DNA of 64,000 bases, taken from Mobula hypostoma. Its lineage: Eukaryota. The notes beneath the pieces were generated by a model, which saw nothing but the letters and a program-made list of their open reading frames with translations, was not told the origin of the DNA and searched no databases. Below are positions 12,436-26,716 of the stretch, piece by piece. A program made the translations under genes and the position numbers. Positions within the stretch are counted from its first letter, which is position 1, and each line of letters starts with the position of its first letter. The DNA lies in contig NC_086097.1 of NCBI RefSeq assembly GCF_963921235.1, forward strand, positions 112,842,001 to 112,906,000. Reading direction: 5' to 3'.

Positions 12436-12566
12436 AAACAGAATTTATTCAGTTTCATTCTAAAAAAAACAACACAAAAACTCAATAAATGCACAGGAAC
12501 ATTTTCCTCTTCTCTGGGAATGGCACTGAAATTAAACTTCTAACCAATAATTATTTTCTTTTTTTA

Positions 12567-13100
12567 ATGAAAGACATCTTTGCCATAGAGGGAGTACAAA
12601 GAAGGTTCACCAGATTGATTCCTGGGACGGCAGGACTTTCATATGAAGAAGGACTGGATGAACTGGGCTTATACTCGTTGGAATTTAGAAGATTGAGGGG
12701 GGATCTGATTGAAACGTATAAAATCCTAAAGGGATTGGACAGGCTAGATGCAGGAAGATTGTTCCCGATGTCGGGGAAGTCCAGAACAAGGGGCCACAGT
12801 TTGAGGATAAAGGGGAAGCCTTTTAGGACCGAGATTAGGAAAAACTTCTTCACACAGAGAGTGGCGAATCTGTGGAATTCTCTGCCACAGGAAACAGTTG
12901 AGGCCAGTTCATTGGCTATATTTAAGAGGGAGTTAGATATGGCCCTTGTGGCTACGGGGATCAGGGGGTATGGAGGGAAGGCTGGGGCGGGGTTCTTAAT
13001 TGGATGATCAGCCATGATCATAATAAATGGCGGTGCAGGCTCGAAGGGCCGAATGGCCTACTCCTGCACCTATTTTCTATGTTTCTATGTTTCTATGTTT
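12567..13100 (+). mobile_element. Young 5'-truncated CR1 LINE
   Basis: Open ORF2 C-terminus KDIFAIEGVQRRFTRLIPG..RGDLIETYKIL..RTRGHSLRI and (TATGTTTC)n tail. Nearly identical to 45115-45590. Confidence 0.93.
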
Positions 13101-13732
13101 AGTCTTCACACTTCTGCACTTTATTTCAGCTAAGGTTTCTATCAGCATCAGCCATTACTGAACTTAAGAGGAAGAACATAAGGGAGACAGATTTCTTAAT
13201 GACTGGAATACAATGGGTGGCAGCTGGCTGGATAAAATGTTCTCTTAGGTATGCCAGCACAGACAATTAATTATTACTGGCATTCCTTTAAGGTCTTGCC
13301 TGCACCAGCAGTGACATTCAAAACACATCAGCAGAACCTTCTCACAGGGGAATTCTAGTGGGCATAAAGTCAATTTTGCTACATTTGCAACTTACTTTCT
13401 TAATTTACTTCTATGAAATTACACAGAAAACAAAATTTCATGCATGTTTTATACTAAAATAAGCAACTGTTTTCCTTTATTTTACATGGGAGGTAAAGTC
13501 AAAGAAATAAAACCTTGGCCTGGTATTTGTGGAGCTTCAAAATTCACCTATTTGCCTTTTTCCTCCACCTAAAACAGAAATGGCTCTCTGGATGCCAGCT
13601 TAGCAGTTGATTTAAAATCAGTTTAATGACTTACCATGTTTAATGAAGATGACAGGAAAGTGTAACTTTTGCCTACCAATACTAATGCAAAACAAAAGAA
13701 AAATTGCACAATTTTGCATAGACATCAACATT

Positions 13733-13933
13733 ATTCTGCACATGCTGTAAATCCAGAGCAAAACACCAACGACTGGAGGACCTCAGTTGGTCAGACAGCA
13801 TCAATGGAGAGAATGAACAATCAATGTTTTGGGCCAAGCCACTTGGGTCATGACCTAAAATGTCAACAGTTTATTCCCCTCCATTGATGCTGCCTGATCT
13901 CCTGAGTTCCTCCAGCAAGTTGTGTGTTGCATA
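13733..13933. mobile_element. Inverted pair of Penelope-like terminal-repeat fragments next to the RIMS2 donor
   Basis: CAGCATCAATGGAG (~13796) and CTCCATTGATGCTG (~13879) are complementary, and the arms extend on both sides. Confidence 0.75.
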
Positions 13934-13970
13934 GACAAGAGTTCCGTTCATTTTTATGCAAGTGCCATAC

Positions 13971-14305
13971 CTGTCCGTGGGTATCTCACTGGCAGTCTGC
14001 ATTGAATGCTGCTTCACCCCTGAACCATTTTTGATTGTATCTTGTCGCGTGAGCCCTTGAGGTCTGTTTTTGTCTGACGCTGGTGTAGAAATGTCCCCTG
14101 AGGGTAAAGGACCTTGGAATTGGGAATGCTCCTGTAGTTTTGCTTTCTTTTCCTGTGGTGCTTCTTCATTCGTGTGGGCCAGTCCCATCGTGGACTCTGT
14201 CAGGCTGGTCTCCTGCGCTGTGTTTGGTCCACTGCTGTAGAACCAGGCCCCTGATTTTGTGAGGATTTCCTGTTGTTTTCGGCACAAGTTACACACCCAC
14301 ATCAC
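13971..14305 (-). CDS. RIMS2: RIMS2 internal coding exon (end of zinc finger plus linker), 335 nt
   Basis: VMWVCNLCRKQQEILTKSGAWFYSSG..NEEAPQEKKAKLQE..GLTRQDTIKNGSGVK..DR, with RIMS2-type rather than RIMS1-type linker motifs. Acceptor ttttcttgtctcag|GTG (phase 0); donor GACAG|gtatgg (phase 2). Confidence 0.96.
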
Positions 14306-15164
14306 CTGAGACAAGAAAATTAGGTTATTCCGGGTACCGTAACTGAAGTAATTCCAAAAACAAGATATTAACCCTTCTGAATAAAAATAAGTTAAGTTTA
14401 ACCTGCTGTCAAATAAGCTATTAATCTAGCAGATATATATCACAATTAAAGGTGAATTTATGCACATAATAAATATACATGATGTAAATATATTAACATT
14501 TATATTTAAACAGCAGTGGTTAGGATTTTCTTTCTTTCTACTCTACTGCCTTTCCTTCTACAGCCAGGAATAAGCTAGAGCACTGTGAATTGCTATCAAT
14601 GCCTTGTTATACGGATTTGTCTATAAATCAATCCAAACATGACAAATCCATCTACTGTAAATAGACAAGATGGGATGTCAGCTAAAATTGCAATTCAAGC
14701 CTAATTTCAAACCCAATCTACTATGCTTAACTTTTCTGATCAAAAGTAATGCAATACTTGAGAACACTACCTCGAGTATTAAAAAATGCTTGTATATTGC
14801 ATATCAAATTTTGCCATGTACTTATATTTTGTTCAGCAGATATGTAATATGCTATTCTCTTGGCCACAAGCTAAAGGTTATACCATTACAGAAGGTCAGA
14901 GAAGGAGGTGTGTGCTCAATTTTCAAAGTTCAAAGTTCAAGATTCAGTCAAACTCAAACAAAACAAAACTGTGGTGCCCAATAAGAATATATTCGAGAAA
15001 CTGAAAAAAAATACTACAGTACAGGAAAACTTTAAATCTGGTTACATTTTTCTTCTCATTAGTTTCTCACTGTTGCTTTATTCAGTCTCCCTCTCAAGTA
15101 ATATGCAGAAATACAGTGCTTTTCAACAGGAACATTAATTTGTGTCTCAGGATGGGTGTATAAT

Positions 15165-15690
15165 ATGAAAAGATGATCTGGCACTGGAGAGGGTCCAGAG
15201 GAGATTCACAAGGATGATTCCAGGAATGAAAGGGTTATTAAACAAAGAATATTTGATGGCTCTGGGTCTGTGCTTGCTGGAATTTAGAAGGATGATGGGG
15301 GAATCTCATTGAAACATTTCCAATGTTAAAAGGCCTAGACGGAGTAGATGTGGAAAAAAATGTTTCCCATGGTGGGGGAGTCTAGGACAAGAGTACATAT
15401 TCTCAGGGTAGAGGGTCATCCAGAGATGTGGAGAAATTTCTTTAGCCAGAGGTGGAGAATTTGTGGAATTTGTTACTACATGCAGCTGTGGAGGCCAGGT
15501 TGTTGGGTGTATTTAAGGCAGAGTTTGATAGGTTCTTGATTGGACACGGCATCAAAGGTTACAGGGTGAAGGCCAAGAAGTGGGACTGAGGAGGGGAAGA
15601 AAAAGATCAGCCATAATTGATGGTGGAGCAGACTTGATGGGCCAAATGGCCTAATTCTGCTCCTATGTCTCTTGATCTTATGGTCTTATA
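15165..15690 (+). mobile_element. Degenerate CR1 3' end
   Basis: [21 protein letters not shown].. remnant and ATGGCCTAATTCTGCTCCTAT 3' UTR with TCTTATGG-like tail. Confidence 0.85.
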
Positions 15691-16088
15691 ATAGATTGGG
15701 CTCAGATGATCAGAAGGACAGGAACTCTGTTAGTAGAACCAGGAGTGGTCTTGGTGCCTGGCAATTTTGGAATCAGTACCTTGCCATTAGGAAATAAGTT
15801 ACTTCCCGATTTATCATGTTTTGTGAAGATCAGTCACATCGGAGAGGAAATTGACGAATGACAAGATGGCTCAGGTAGTCATCGGTGATGTTCTATGAGC
15901 TGCCCGATGTGGTCGTTCTATCAAACTCATGTTGAATTTGTCCTAGTTGGGCGGTCTTTCATTGATTCTGTTATCGTTAATATTTTATAGAGTTTTTGTA
16001 TATGCCCACAAGAAAATAAATCTCAGGGTTGTATCTGGATACATATATGTACCCTACTTTGATAATAAAATTTACTTTGTACTTTAAC

Positions 16089-18604
16089 GGGGATATCGAG
16101 GAGCAGATAGGGAAACAGATCCTGGAAAGGTGTAATAATAACAGAGTTGTCGTGATGGGAGATCTTAATTTCCCAAATATTGATTGGCATCTCCCTAGAG
16201 CAAGGCGTTAAGATGGGGTGGAGTTTGTTAGGTGTGTTCAGCAAGGTTTCTTGACACAATACGAAAGGTAAGCCTACAAGAGGAGAGGCTGCACTTGATT
16301 TGGTATTGGGAAATGAACCTGGTCAGATGTCAGATCTCTCAGTGCGGGAGCATTTTGGAGATAGTGACTTTAATTCTATCTCCTTTACAATAGCATTGGA
16401 GAGAGATAGGGACAGACAAGTTAGAAAAGCGTTTATTTGATGTAAAGGGAATTATGAGGCTCTCAGGCAGGAAATTGGAAGCTTAAACTGGAAATAGATG
16501 TTCTCAGAGAGAAGTACGGAAGAAATGTGGCAAATATTCAGGGGATATTTGTATGGAGTTCTGCATAGGTATGTTCCAATGAGACAGGGAAGTTATGGTA
16601 GGGTACAGGAACCGTGGTGTACAAAGGCTGTAATAAACCTAGTCAAGAAGAAAAGAAAAGCTTACAAAAGGTTCAAAGAGGTAGGTAATGGTAGAGATCT
16701 AGAAGATTATAAGGCTAAGAAGGAAATTAGGAGAGCCAGAAGGGGCCACAAGATGGCCTTGGCATGCAGGATTAAAGAAAACCCCAAGGCATTCTACAGG
16801 TTTATGAAGGGCAAGAGGATAAGATGTTAAAGGATAGGACCTATCAAGTGTGACAGTGGGAAAGTGTGTATGGAACCAGAGGAAATAACAGAGGTATTTA
16901 ATGAATACTTTACTTCAGTATTCTCTGTGGGAAAGGATCTTGGTGATTGTAGAGATGACTTGCAGCAGACTGAAAAGCTTGAGCATGTAGATATTAAGAA
17001 AGAGAATGTGCTGGAGCTTTTGGAAAGCATCAAGTTGGATAAACCACTGGGACCGGATGAGATGTACCCCAGGCTACTGTGGGAGGCGAGGGAGGAGATT
17101 GCTGACGCTCTGGTGATGATCTTTGCATCATCAATGGGGACGGGAGAGTTTCTAGAGGATTGGAGGGTTGCGGATATTGTTCCTTTATTCAAGAAAGGGA
17201 GTAGAGATAGCCCAGGAAATTATAGTCCAGTGAGTCTTACCTCAGTGGTTGGTAAGTTGATGGAGAAGATCTTGACAGGCATGATTTATGAACATTTAGA
17301 GAGGTATAATATGATTAGGAATAGTCAGCATGGCTTTGTCAAGGGCAGGACGTGCCTTACGAGCCTGATAGAATTTTTTGAGGATGTGACTAAGCACATT
17401 GATGAAGGAAGAGCAGTAGATGTAGTGCATATGGATTTCAGCAAGGCATTTGATAAGGTACCCCATGCAAGGCTTATTGAGAAAGTAAGGACGCATGGGA
17501 TCCAAGGGGACATTGCTTTGTGGATCCAGCACTGGCCTGCCCACAGAAGGGAAAGAGTGGTTGTAGATGGATCATATTCTGCATGGAGGTCGGTCACCAG
17601 TGGAGTGCCTCAGGGATCTGTTCTGGGACCCTTACTCTTTGTGACTTTTATAAATGAGCTGGATGAGGAAGTGGAGGGATGGGTTAGTAAGTTTGCTGAT
17701 GACACAAAGGTTGGAGGTGTTGTGAATAGTGTGGAGAGCTGTCGGAGATTACAGCGGGACATTGATAGGATGCAAAACTGGGCTGAGAAGTAGCAGATGG
17801 AGTTCAACTCAGGTAAGTGTGAAGTGTTTCATTTTGGTAGGTCAAATATGATGGCAGAATATAGTATTAATGGTAAGGCTCTTATTAATGGAGGATCAGA
17901 GGGATCTTGGGGTCCGAGTCCATAGGATGCTCAAAGCAGCTACGCAGGTTGACTAAGGTAAGAAGGCGTACGATGTACTGGCCTTCATCAATCGTAGAAT
18001 TGAAATTAGGAGCTGAGAGGTAATGTTGCAGCTATATAGGGCCCTGGTCAGACCCCACTTGGAGTACTGTGCTCAGTTCTGGTCACCTCACTACAGGTAA
18101 GATGTGGAAACCATAGAAAGGGTGCAGGGGAGATTTACAAGTATGTTCCCTGGATTAGGGAGCGTGTCTTATGAGAATAGGTTGAGAGAACTTAGCCTTT
18201 TCTCCTTGGAGCGATGGAGGACAAGAGTTGACCTGATAGAGGTGTATAAGGTGATGAGAGGCATTGATCGTGTGGATAGTCAGAGGCTTTTTCCCAGGGC
18301 TGAAATGGTTGCCACAAGAGGACACAGGTTTAAGGTGCTGGGGAGTAGGTACAGAGGTGATGTCAGGGGTAAATTTTTTACTCAGAGAGTGGTGAGTGCA
18401 TGGAATGGGCTGCCAGCAGCGGTGGTGGAGACAGATACGATAGGGTCTTTTAAGAGGCTTTTGGATAGGTCCATGGAGCTTAGAAAAATAGAGGGCTATA
18501 GGTAAGCCTAGTAATTTCTAGGGTAGGAATATGTTCGGCACCACTTTGTGGGCTGAATGGCCTTATTGTACTGTAGGGTTTCTATATTTCTATGTTTCTA
18601 TGTT
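16089..18604 (+). mobile_element. CR1 LINE, 5'-truncated, ORF2 EN (partial) plus RT, with stops and frameshifts
   Basis: VVMGDLNFPNIDW, PGNYSPVSLTSVVGKLMEKI, QHGFVKGRTCLTSLIEFF, GVPQGSVLGPLLF and SKFADDTK motifs; (TATGTTTC)n tail. Confidence 0.96.
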
Positions 18605-19419
18605 TGTATTTAAGCTTTGAGAAGGCTTCTTAGCGTTGAGGCAATAAGGTAAAAAATGGTCTTGTCCCTGGGTTGAGGTCACGTTCCATTTGATGGATAA
18701 ACCAGACAAATATTACTCAAGTACTATAAGCTGAAACACGAGACACTTCTAAGTTATTAAAAGAATCATACTCAAAGAAATTTAATGCTGCACATATTTA
18801 GAATCTAACTTTTAAAACTCAGAGTTGTCATCAATAACTTTTGATAGTTTGAAAAAAGGAAGAGTACAGAATTTTCAAAAGTTGAAGCCGTAGTATAAAT
18901 ATATTAAAGAAGGTACTCAAACAATTCATTTTTTAATACACATGGTTAGTCTCTTGTAAAATTTTTAATCACTGAATTTTCAGAGCTGTTTTCCCATTCA
19001 TCAAGTAGTTCCTGAAACTCCAAAAGTAATACTTAATTATGTTTGCAAGACCTTCCCAGAACTTCCATCTTTCTTCTGGTCAAGCAACATGCCTTTATTG
19101 TTACATACTTTCTTATTGACTTTTCAAAGATCTCTACAGTCAGAAAAGATATAAATTATGTATGATTTGAGTGGTTTAAATTCTGTTTTTACTATTTTTT
19201 TACTGTTAATTTTTTGCTGTTAGCTTAAACTTACTGATAATACCATTTTGTAACTGATCAGATGCATGAATAGACAAATTTTGTGTCAGACAGGAACTGT
19301 TGCGGTATCTCAACTGGCAGTCAGTTGAAAAGTAGAGTCATAGAGTCATTGAGTACCGCAGCACAGAAATAGACCCTGTGGCCGATTTAGTCTGTGCTGA
19401 ATAGTCTGTTTGGTCAGCG

Positions 19420-20185
19420 TTACATCATATATCTGCAAACTGATTACCCTTTGCACTCAATGTCAGTATGATGAAGCAATTGATTGTGGATTTCAGGAAG
19501 AGTAGGTCGAGGCAACACAGACCAGTCTTCATCGAGGGATCAGCAGTGGAAAAGGGTGAGCATTTTCAGGTTCCTGGGTGTTAATAACTCTGAAGATCTA
19601 ATCTGGGCCCAACATATCAATGCAATTACAAGAAGGCACAACAGCAACTATATTTCATAGATGTTTGAAGAAACTATGTCACCAAAGATACTTGTAAATT
19701 TCTACAGATGCACCGTGGAGACCATTTGCCAACTGGTACGGAGGGCCCAGTGCACAGGATTGGGAAATAGCTGCAGAAAGTTGTAAACTCAGCCAGCTCC
19801 ACCGTGGGTAATGGTCTCACTTTCAAAAGGCAATGCCTCAAAAATGCAGCAAACATGATTAAGGACCCACATCATCCAGTACAGCCCTCTTCTCATTGCT
19901 ACCATCAGGGAGGAGGTACAGGAACCTAAAGATACACACTCAATGTTTCAGAAACAGCTTCTTTTCCTCCGCCAACACTTTTCTGAATGGACAATGGACC
20001 CATGAGCACTCAGTATTCCCCCCCCCCACTCCTTTTGCACAACTTACTTAATTTCAATATATATTTCTATTTTAATTTAATTTTCTGGTTTTATTATTAT
20101 GTTTTGCAATGTACTGCTACTGCAAAACAACAGATCTCACCACATATGCCGATGATATTAAAGTGGACCGGATTCTGATTCTGAT
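19420..20185 (+). mobile_element. Decayed Rex/Babar-type LINE 3' part
   Basis: LIVDFRK.., FRFLGV and KDPHHP..PSGRRYR remnants; (GATTCT)n tail. Confidence 0.75.
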
Positions 20186-20489
20186 TTATGTTCTTCAATG
20201 GTATTTTGGAGTAGAAGGATCCAATAGTGGCAAATAGTCGACAGGACTAATATGGCAGTGAGCAGAAGGGCAAAACATTTAGCATGGCTGTGTGGAGCCG
20301 AAGGGTTTATTTTGATGCTGTATAACCTAGAGACTTTGGCATTATTGAAGGAAGCAATAATGGCAGGGATATTCTGCCCAAACTCAGAACTCCCATTAAT
20401 CTTTCCTAGTATACGAAATGTACTTTAGTCTTAGCATGTGTGTTTTTGCAGTTTTTGCCATGGTTAGTGGTGGAAATCACACTCAATGC

Positions 20490-21418
20490 AGAGACTTTAG
20501 ATTTCCGCTCCTGACAATCCTGTTGGTGAATGTACAGTCTCTGGAAAATACAACTAAAGACATCAGAGCAAGATTGCTGTACCAGAGGGATATCAGTGAC
20601 TGTTGTTATTTTACTTCATGGAAACAGGGCTACCCCCTGCCATTTTGGATGCTTCACCATTCTCCACCAAAAGCAGACAGCTCAGGCTTTTAAAGGTTTA
20701 GGAAGTGGAGTAAGCTTTATGATTAATTCTTCGTGGTCTACAGACAAGGTAGTACTATGTCCTGCTCAATTGACCTGGAACATCTAGCTGTCAAATGTTG
20801 TCTATTTTATCTGTTGAGAGAGTTTTTTGCCATCTTCCTGGTAGTGGTTTGCATATTCAGGGATTCATCTTTGAATCTGAATAAACATTTGTTACCAACT
20901 TCATCACAATCTGTGTGGATGTGTGTGTGTCTTCGAGAACATACAGACATACCCAAATCAAAAGCTGTGATGAGCCAAGAGATTTGTGGTCTGCTGAGAG
21001 GGAGATCTGTGGCATTCAAGGCCAGTGATCCAGAATTATGCAAGAGGTCCAAGTATGGCCTATGGAAGGCTATGGAAGGTGAGAAAAGCAATTCTAATGC
21101 CATTATTAAGGACCCTCATCACCCAGGACATGCCCTCTTCTCATCGCTACCATCAAGGAGGAGGTATGGGAAACTGAAGACACATATTCAACATTTCAGG
21201 CACCGCTTCTTCCCCTCTGCCATCAGATTTCTGAATGGACAATGAACCCATGAACTCTATCTCAGTACTTTTCCCTCTCATTTTGCACTACTTACTTAAT
21301 TTTTATATATATACTTTTTATTATAATTTATAGATTTTATTACTATGTATGGCAATATACTGCTGTTGCAAAACAACACATTTCATGACATCGGCCAGTG
21401 ATATTAAACCTGATTCTG
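20490..21418 (+). mobile_element. Highly deleted Rex/Babar-type LINE
   Basis: LLVNVQSLEN (EN start), LEHLAVKC and IIKDPHHPGHALFSSLPSRRRY..FFPSAIRFLN; CCTGATTCTG tail. Confidence 0.7.
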
Positions 21419-22011
21419 TGTGTGTTGACTCAGACTCCCAAACATGTCCTCCCCGGCCATTGTCCAGTTCCAGGACATCTCCAGTGTTTTTAAGTCTGTC
21501 AAGGTAGACCATCCTTAATTTTCAGCTGTACGTTTTCCCTCTCTGTCCTCCAGCTCGTAGATTTGCAGACTTCTGAGCTTTATTTAAAATCTGTCCTGTT
21601 TACCCAGGAGGACACTAATACCCTATATACTAAGTTTACTAGGACTCCAAGAGTAATCGGGTCAACCCCATGTCAACTCCAAAAGTAAATCTTATTATGC
21701 GAAGTATCAGAAAGACTATTAGGGAGCAGCAGCGTAAAATATGTACTTTTACACTGTGCATAAACATGAACTGTCTAACTTCAGGTGCTTGCAGGATCTG
21801 TGGTCCCAATTTCACTCAGTGGCTTTCAGTTCGACATTTATATTATCCAAGGTGATGAATGGGTTCTGTTTCTACAGAAGTCATAAATCACTTTTGTCCA
21901 TCAGTCATAAAATACACATGAATCTCTCAATATTCCTGGTGTCATAATATCTCCACAACTTTGTAATGATTAGCAACAAGATCAGTAAGACTGGTAAGAA
22001 ACAACTTTAAT

Positions 22012-22043
22012 AGAGACAGATAGAGATACGTAGATGTGGAGAT

Positions 22044-22080
<37 letters not shown>

Positions 22081-22098
22081 AAGAAAGAGAGAGAGAAA
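22012..22098. repeat. (GA)n microsatellite
   Basis: Direct inspection. Confidence 0.9.
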
Positions 22099-24251
22099 TG
22101 AATGACTGTATATGACTGTATATACATATGCTGAATTTAACAAATGCTCCTTAATATGTAGGGGTGTCCAGAAGTCAGGCGATTGTAACTCAGAGATAGC
22201 CTACAGTATAGAACTTTGGCACCCTCTAGTGGTCAATCATTATCATTTTTTTTATGAGCAAAAGAAATTAAAAATTATGCAAATGAACAGGGATGGGTGG
22301 CAGTAGCGGGGGGTGGGGGAAGAAGTCAATTTCTAAAGGTGCTTCTTGTTTTTGTAAGCACATAAATTAATGAGTAAATACAGCACTAGTATCAAATAGT
22401 ATATTTATTTCCAGATTGCGAAATGCTGATGGTTCTTGGACCAGAGTGCAGAAATTAAGCAAATGGACCCACAAGGGCAATGAAGGAATCTGAGATGACA
22501 CAGCTACAAACTTGCATAAGTAAACTAAATCATTCATTTACTAAAGTTCCACCTTTAATGTTTTTTGTAAGCTAATACTGGACATTAGGTCTGGGAACAG
22601 TTGATCCCATGCTGTCAATCGTCTGAAGCTAACTCTGGTGGAACAAGTTAACAGAGAGATGGAATCAATGTGGTAGCATTTTGTATGTACAATTAAGTTC
22701 CTTCATTTACCTCCTGATAATGTGATTACATTTCAAACATTACAACAGGTAGCAAATGTGGGTAGCAGCAGGTACCAAGGTGTACTGCAGACACTATAAG
22801 AGGCCCTGCAATTGTGAAAAGAAAACAAACACTAAATTAAAAATGAAAAGGAATGTATTCCTTACTTGGAAATTATTTCACAAATGCTCATCTTCTGTGT
22901 GAAGTAATGCAGAAAATGAGAAAATACAGAGATAATGCACCATAAAATCAACCTGATCAGAACTTCATTGAAGCAATTATGAACTTCAGAGTAAACAACG
23001 GGCTGGGTGAAAGTGCTGTTCTTAAATCAGAAGCTTGCTCAAGTCAAGTGCTAGTACAGCAGCAAACGGTGGCCTCAGATGAGTCCAGACACAAAGTATA
23101 AAGGTCCTGAGCCAAGGGTCCTGATTCTATTCACCTCCGTCTCCACAGCTTAACGTGATCTAAATGTGAAATGAATGCAGTTGCTGACCTCAATGGAAAA
23201 TTAAAGTCTTTTTGTTAGTCATTGTTTATTAATTTTACATAACTTTCAAATTTTTAATTATTTTCAGGAACTTGGGATTTTATAAGTAAATTATTTTGCT
23301 AGTTTTTAAAAAATATTTAAATAGCTTTGAACTGTTTTTAAAAAACAGTTCAGTCAGAGACACGTGAACAGTTTAAAGAGATAACAATTTAAAAAACCAG
23401 TAAGGTGTCTGTCAGCCGGGAAACAGGATCCACTTCCTGGGACCAGAACACACTACTCTGATTGGGAAACTTGCATTGACTTCAAGGTTTCCCTATTGTA
23501 GGAGCCATGTATCTGTTTTTTATCTGTATTATATTTTGTGTTGCACACTTATTATGGGTTGTTAGTCACGTGGGTTGGGGCTTGATAGAAGCAAAGAGTT
23601 TAGTTACCTTTTCATGCTTTGTCTTTCGTTCAGTCTAGCTTGGGTAGAGCCAGAGAGTTGGCTGGGAGTGATATCTTTTTGTTGACTGCTTAAGCATGCT
23701 TAAGACTGCTTAAATTCTCTGGAATGTGCTTGAATATTCTTGAATGTATTTAAGATTTACTTATTTATTTATTATTATTTATTTTTCTCTTCTATATTAT
23801 GTATTGCATTGAACTGCTGCTGCTAATTTCATGACCCATGTCAGCAATAATAAACCTGATTCTGATTCTGAAAAAAAAAATGCTTGGCTTAAATACATTT
23901 AATACAATAAGACTGTTTAGCTTCATTAGGTTTATCATTTCAAGACTGTTTGCTTTGTTAGTTTCTTTAAAAAAATATCAGATTTATTCTTTGACATTGG
24001 AACTTCATTTTTGGATGGATGGTGCATTAAACAAAGTGGTTTTGGTTTGTTTGATAGTAACTGCTACACCTATATTCTTAGTTTGAGTGATTAAGTATTT
24101 TAAAATATAACAGATTTTGAAAGAAAACTTTTTCAAAAACATATTTCAGCTTCTTTAATTGTGTGTATACATTTTAATTTTTATTTTGCATTCAGTAAAA
24201 TTTTATATCCTGAGCTAAAATATACACACTTTCCATTTAATTTTCTGGGAA

Positions 24252-26280
24252 TTAGAACCATAGAAGATTACAGCACAGAAACAGGCCTTTTGGCCCTTCT
24301 TGGCTGTACCGAACCATTTTTCTGCCTAGTCCCACTGACCTGCACCTGGACCATATCCCTCCATACACCTCTCATCCATGTACCTGCCCAAGTTTTTCTT
24401 AAATGTTAAAAGTGAGCCCGTATTTACCACTTCATCTGGCAGCCCATTCCACACTCCCACCATCTCTGTGTGAAGAAGCCCCCCCTGCAATGTTCCCCTT
24501 AAACTTTTCCCCCTTCACCCTTAACCCATGACCTCTGGTTTTTTTCTCCCCTAGCCTCAGTGGAAAAAGCCTGCTTGCATTCACTCTATCTATACCCATC
24601 ATAATTTTATATACTTCTATCAAATCTCCGCTCATTCTTCTACGCTCCAGGGAATAAAGTCCTAACCTATTCAACCTTTCTCTGTAACTCAGTTTCTCAA
24701 GTCCTAGCAACATCCTTGTAAACCTTCTCTGCACTCTTTCAACCTTATTAATATCCTTCCTGTAATTTGGTGACCAAAACTGTACATAATACTCCAAATT
24801 CGGCCTCACCAATGCCTTATACAACCTCACAAAAACATTCCAACTCTTATACTCAATACTTTGATTTATAAAGGCCAATGTACCAAAAGCTCTCTTTATG
24901 ACCCTATCTACCTGTGATGCCACTTTTAGGGAATTTTGTATCTGTATTCCCAGTTCTAGCTCTGTTCTACTACACTCCTCAGTGCCCTACCATTTACCTT
25001 GTATGTTCTACCTTGGTTTGTCCTTCCAAAGTGCAATACCTCACACTTGTCTGTATTAAACTCCACCTACCATTTTTCAACTCATTTTTCCAGCTGGTCC
25101 AAATCCCTCTGCAAGCTTTGAAAGCCTTCCTCACTGTCCACTACACTTCCAATCTTTGTATCATCAGCAAATTTGCTGATCCAATTTACCACATTATCAT
25201 CCAGATCATTGATATAGATGACAAATAACAATGGACCCAGCACTGATCCTTGTGGCACACCACTAGTCACAGGCCTCAACTCAGAGAAGCAATCCTTCAC
25301 TACCACTCTCTAGCTTCTTCCATTGAGCCAATGTCTAATCCAACTTACTACCTCTCCATGTCTATCTAGCGATTAAATTTTCCTAACTAACCTCCCATGC
25401 GGGACCTTGTCAAAGGCCTTATTGAAGTCCATGTAGACAACATCCACTGCCTTCCCTTCATCAACCTTCCTGGTAACCTCCTCGAAAAACTCTAATAGAT
25501 CGGTTAAACATGACCTACCACGCACAAAGCCATGTTGACTCTCCCTAATAAGTCCCTGTCTATCCAAATACTTGCAGATCCTATCTCTCAGTACTCCTTC
25601 CAATAATTTACCTACTACCAACATCAAGCTTACCGGCCTATAATTTCCCGGAATACTTTTAGAGCCTTTTTAAAGTAATGGAACAACATGAACTATCCTC
25701 CAATCCTCCGGCACCTCACCCGTAGATACCGACATTTAAAATATATCTGCCAGGGCCCCTGTAATTTCAACACTAGTCTCCTTCAAGGTCTGAGGGAATA
25801 CCCTGACAGGTCCTGGGGATTTATCTACTCTGATTTGCCTCAAGATAGCAAGTACCTCCTCCTCCTCAATCTGTATAGGTTCCATGACCTCACTACTTGT
25901 TTGCCTTATTTCCTTTAACTCCATGCCAGTTTCCTTAGTAAATACAGACGCAAGAAACCCATTTAAGATCTCCCCCATTTCTTTTGGTTTCATACATAGC
26001 CGACCACTCTGATCTTCAAGAGGACCAATTTTATCCCTTACTATCCTTTTGCTCTTAATATACCTGTATAAGCTCTTTAGATTATCCTTCACCTTGACTG
26101 CCAAACCAACCTCATGTCTTCTTTTAGCCCTCCTCATTTCTTTCTTAAGTTTTTTTTGCACTTTTTATACTCCTCAAGCACCTAATTTGCTCCCTGTTTC
26201 CTATACATGTCATACATCTCTCTCTTCTTCTTTATCAGAGTTCCAATATCCCTTGAGAACCAAGGTTCCTCATTTCTTCA
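24252..26280 (-). mobile_element. CR1 LINE, 5'-truncated RT region
   Basis: QHGFVRGRSCLTDLLEFF, YMDFNKAFDKVPH, GVPQGSVLGPLLFVIYINDLD..SKFADDTK and RLYKALVRPNLEY motifs. Confidence 0.95.
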
Positions 26281-26716
26281 AATTTGGCCTTTTTCCAATT
26301 CTTTGGTGAACAAGCCTAACAGCCTCATGATGGTTGGATTCCAGAGATCCTGTTGATTTGATGCCTAATGAAAGTTGATGTTAGCCCAGAGATCACAAGA
26401 TCTGTGTTTTCAGCTTTCTCTGTAGTCAATGGTGAGTGTCGTCACCTTACTATTTATTGCAAAGTACAGGGTAATGTGTACTCTTCAAAAATCAAAGCAG
26501 GAAGAAACTGAGTCACTCAAACCACTCAGATTGCATCACAGCAATTATATTTTTAGTGTAGTGATTACCTTGCTGGTAAGAATAACGCAAATATTAGTTC
26601 AAATCACGCTATAGAAATCAGCATTTATGCTTCAGTAAGGTATAACCTAGAAATAAAAAAAGTATCTATTAGGTGGAAAAATCTTCACAAAGCTGCTAAT
26701 ACACCATTAGCTCATT

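Noticed and set aside
13629..13705. Minus-strand pseudo-exon (pyrimidine tract-TAG ... CATG|GTAAGT)
   Set aside because: Candidate lengths of 47 or 38 nt break the frame, and there is no similarity to known RIMS2 sequence.
13871..13970. C-terminal extension of the RIMS2 ORF (YGTCIKMNG...)
   Set aside because: It lies beyond a canonical GT donor and runs into a PLE-derived repeat, so it is intron read-through.
16864..17793. 309-aa RT ORF (also the 426-aa ORF at 39148 and 320-aa ORF at 51728) as functional genes
   Set aside because: These are pieces of 5'-truncated LINEs with neighbouring stops and frameshifts, not autonomous elements or host genes.
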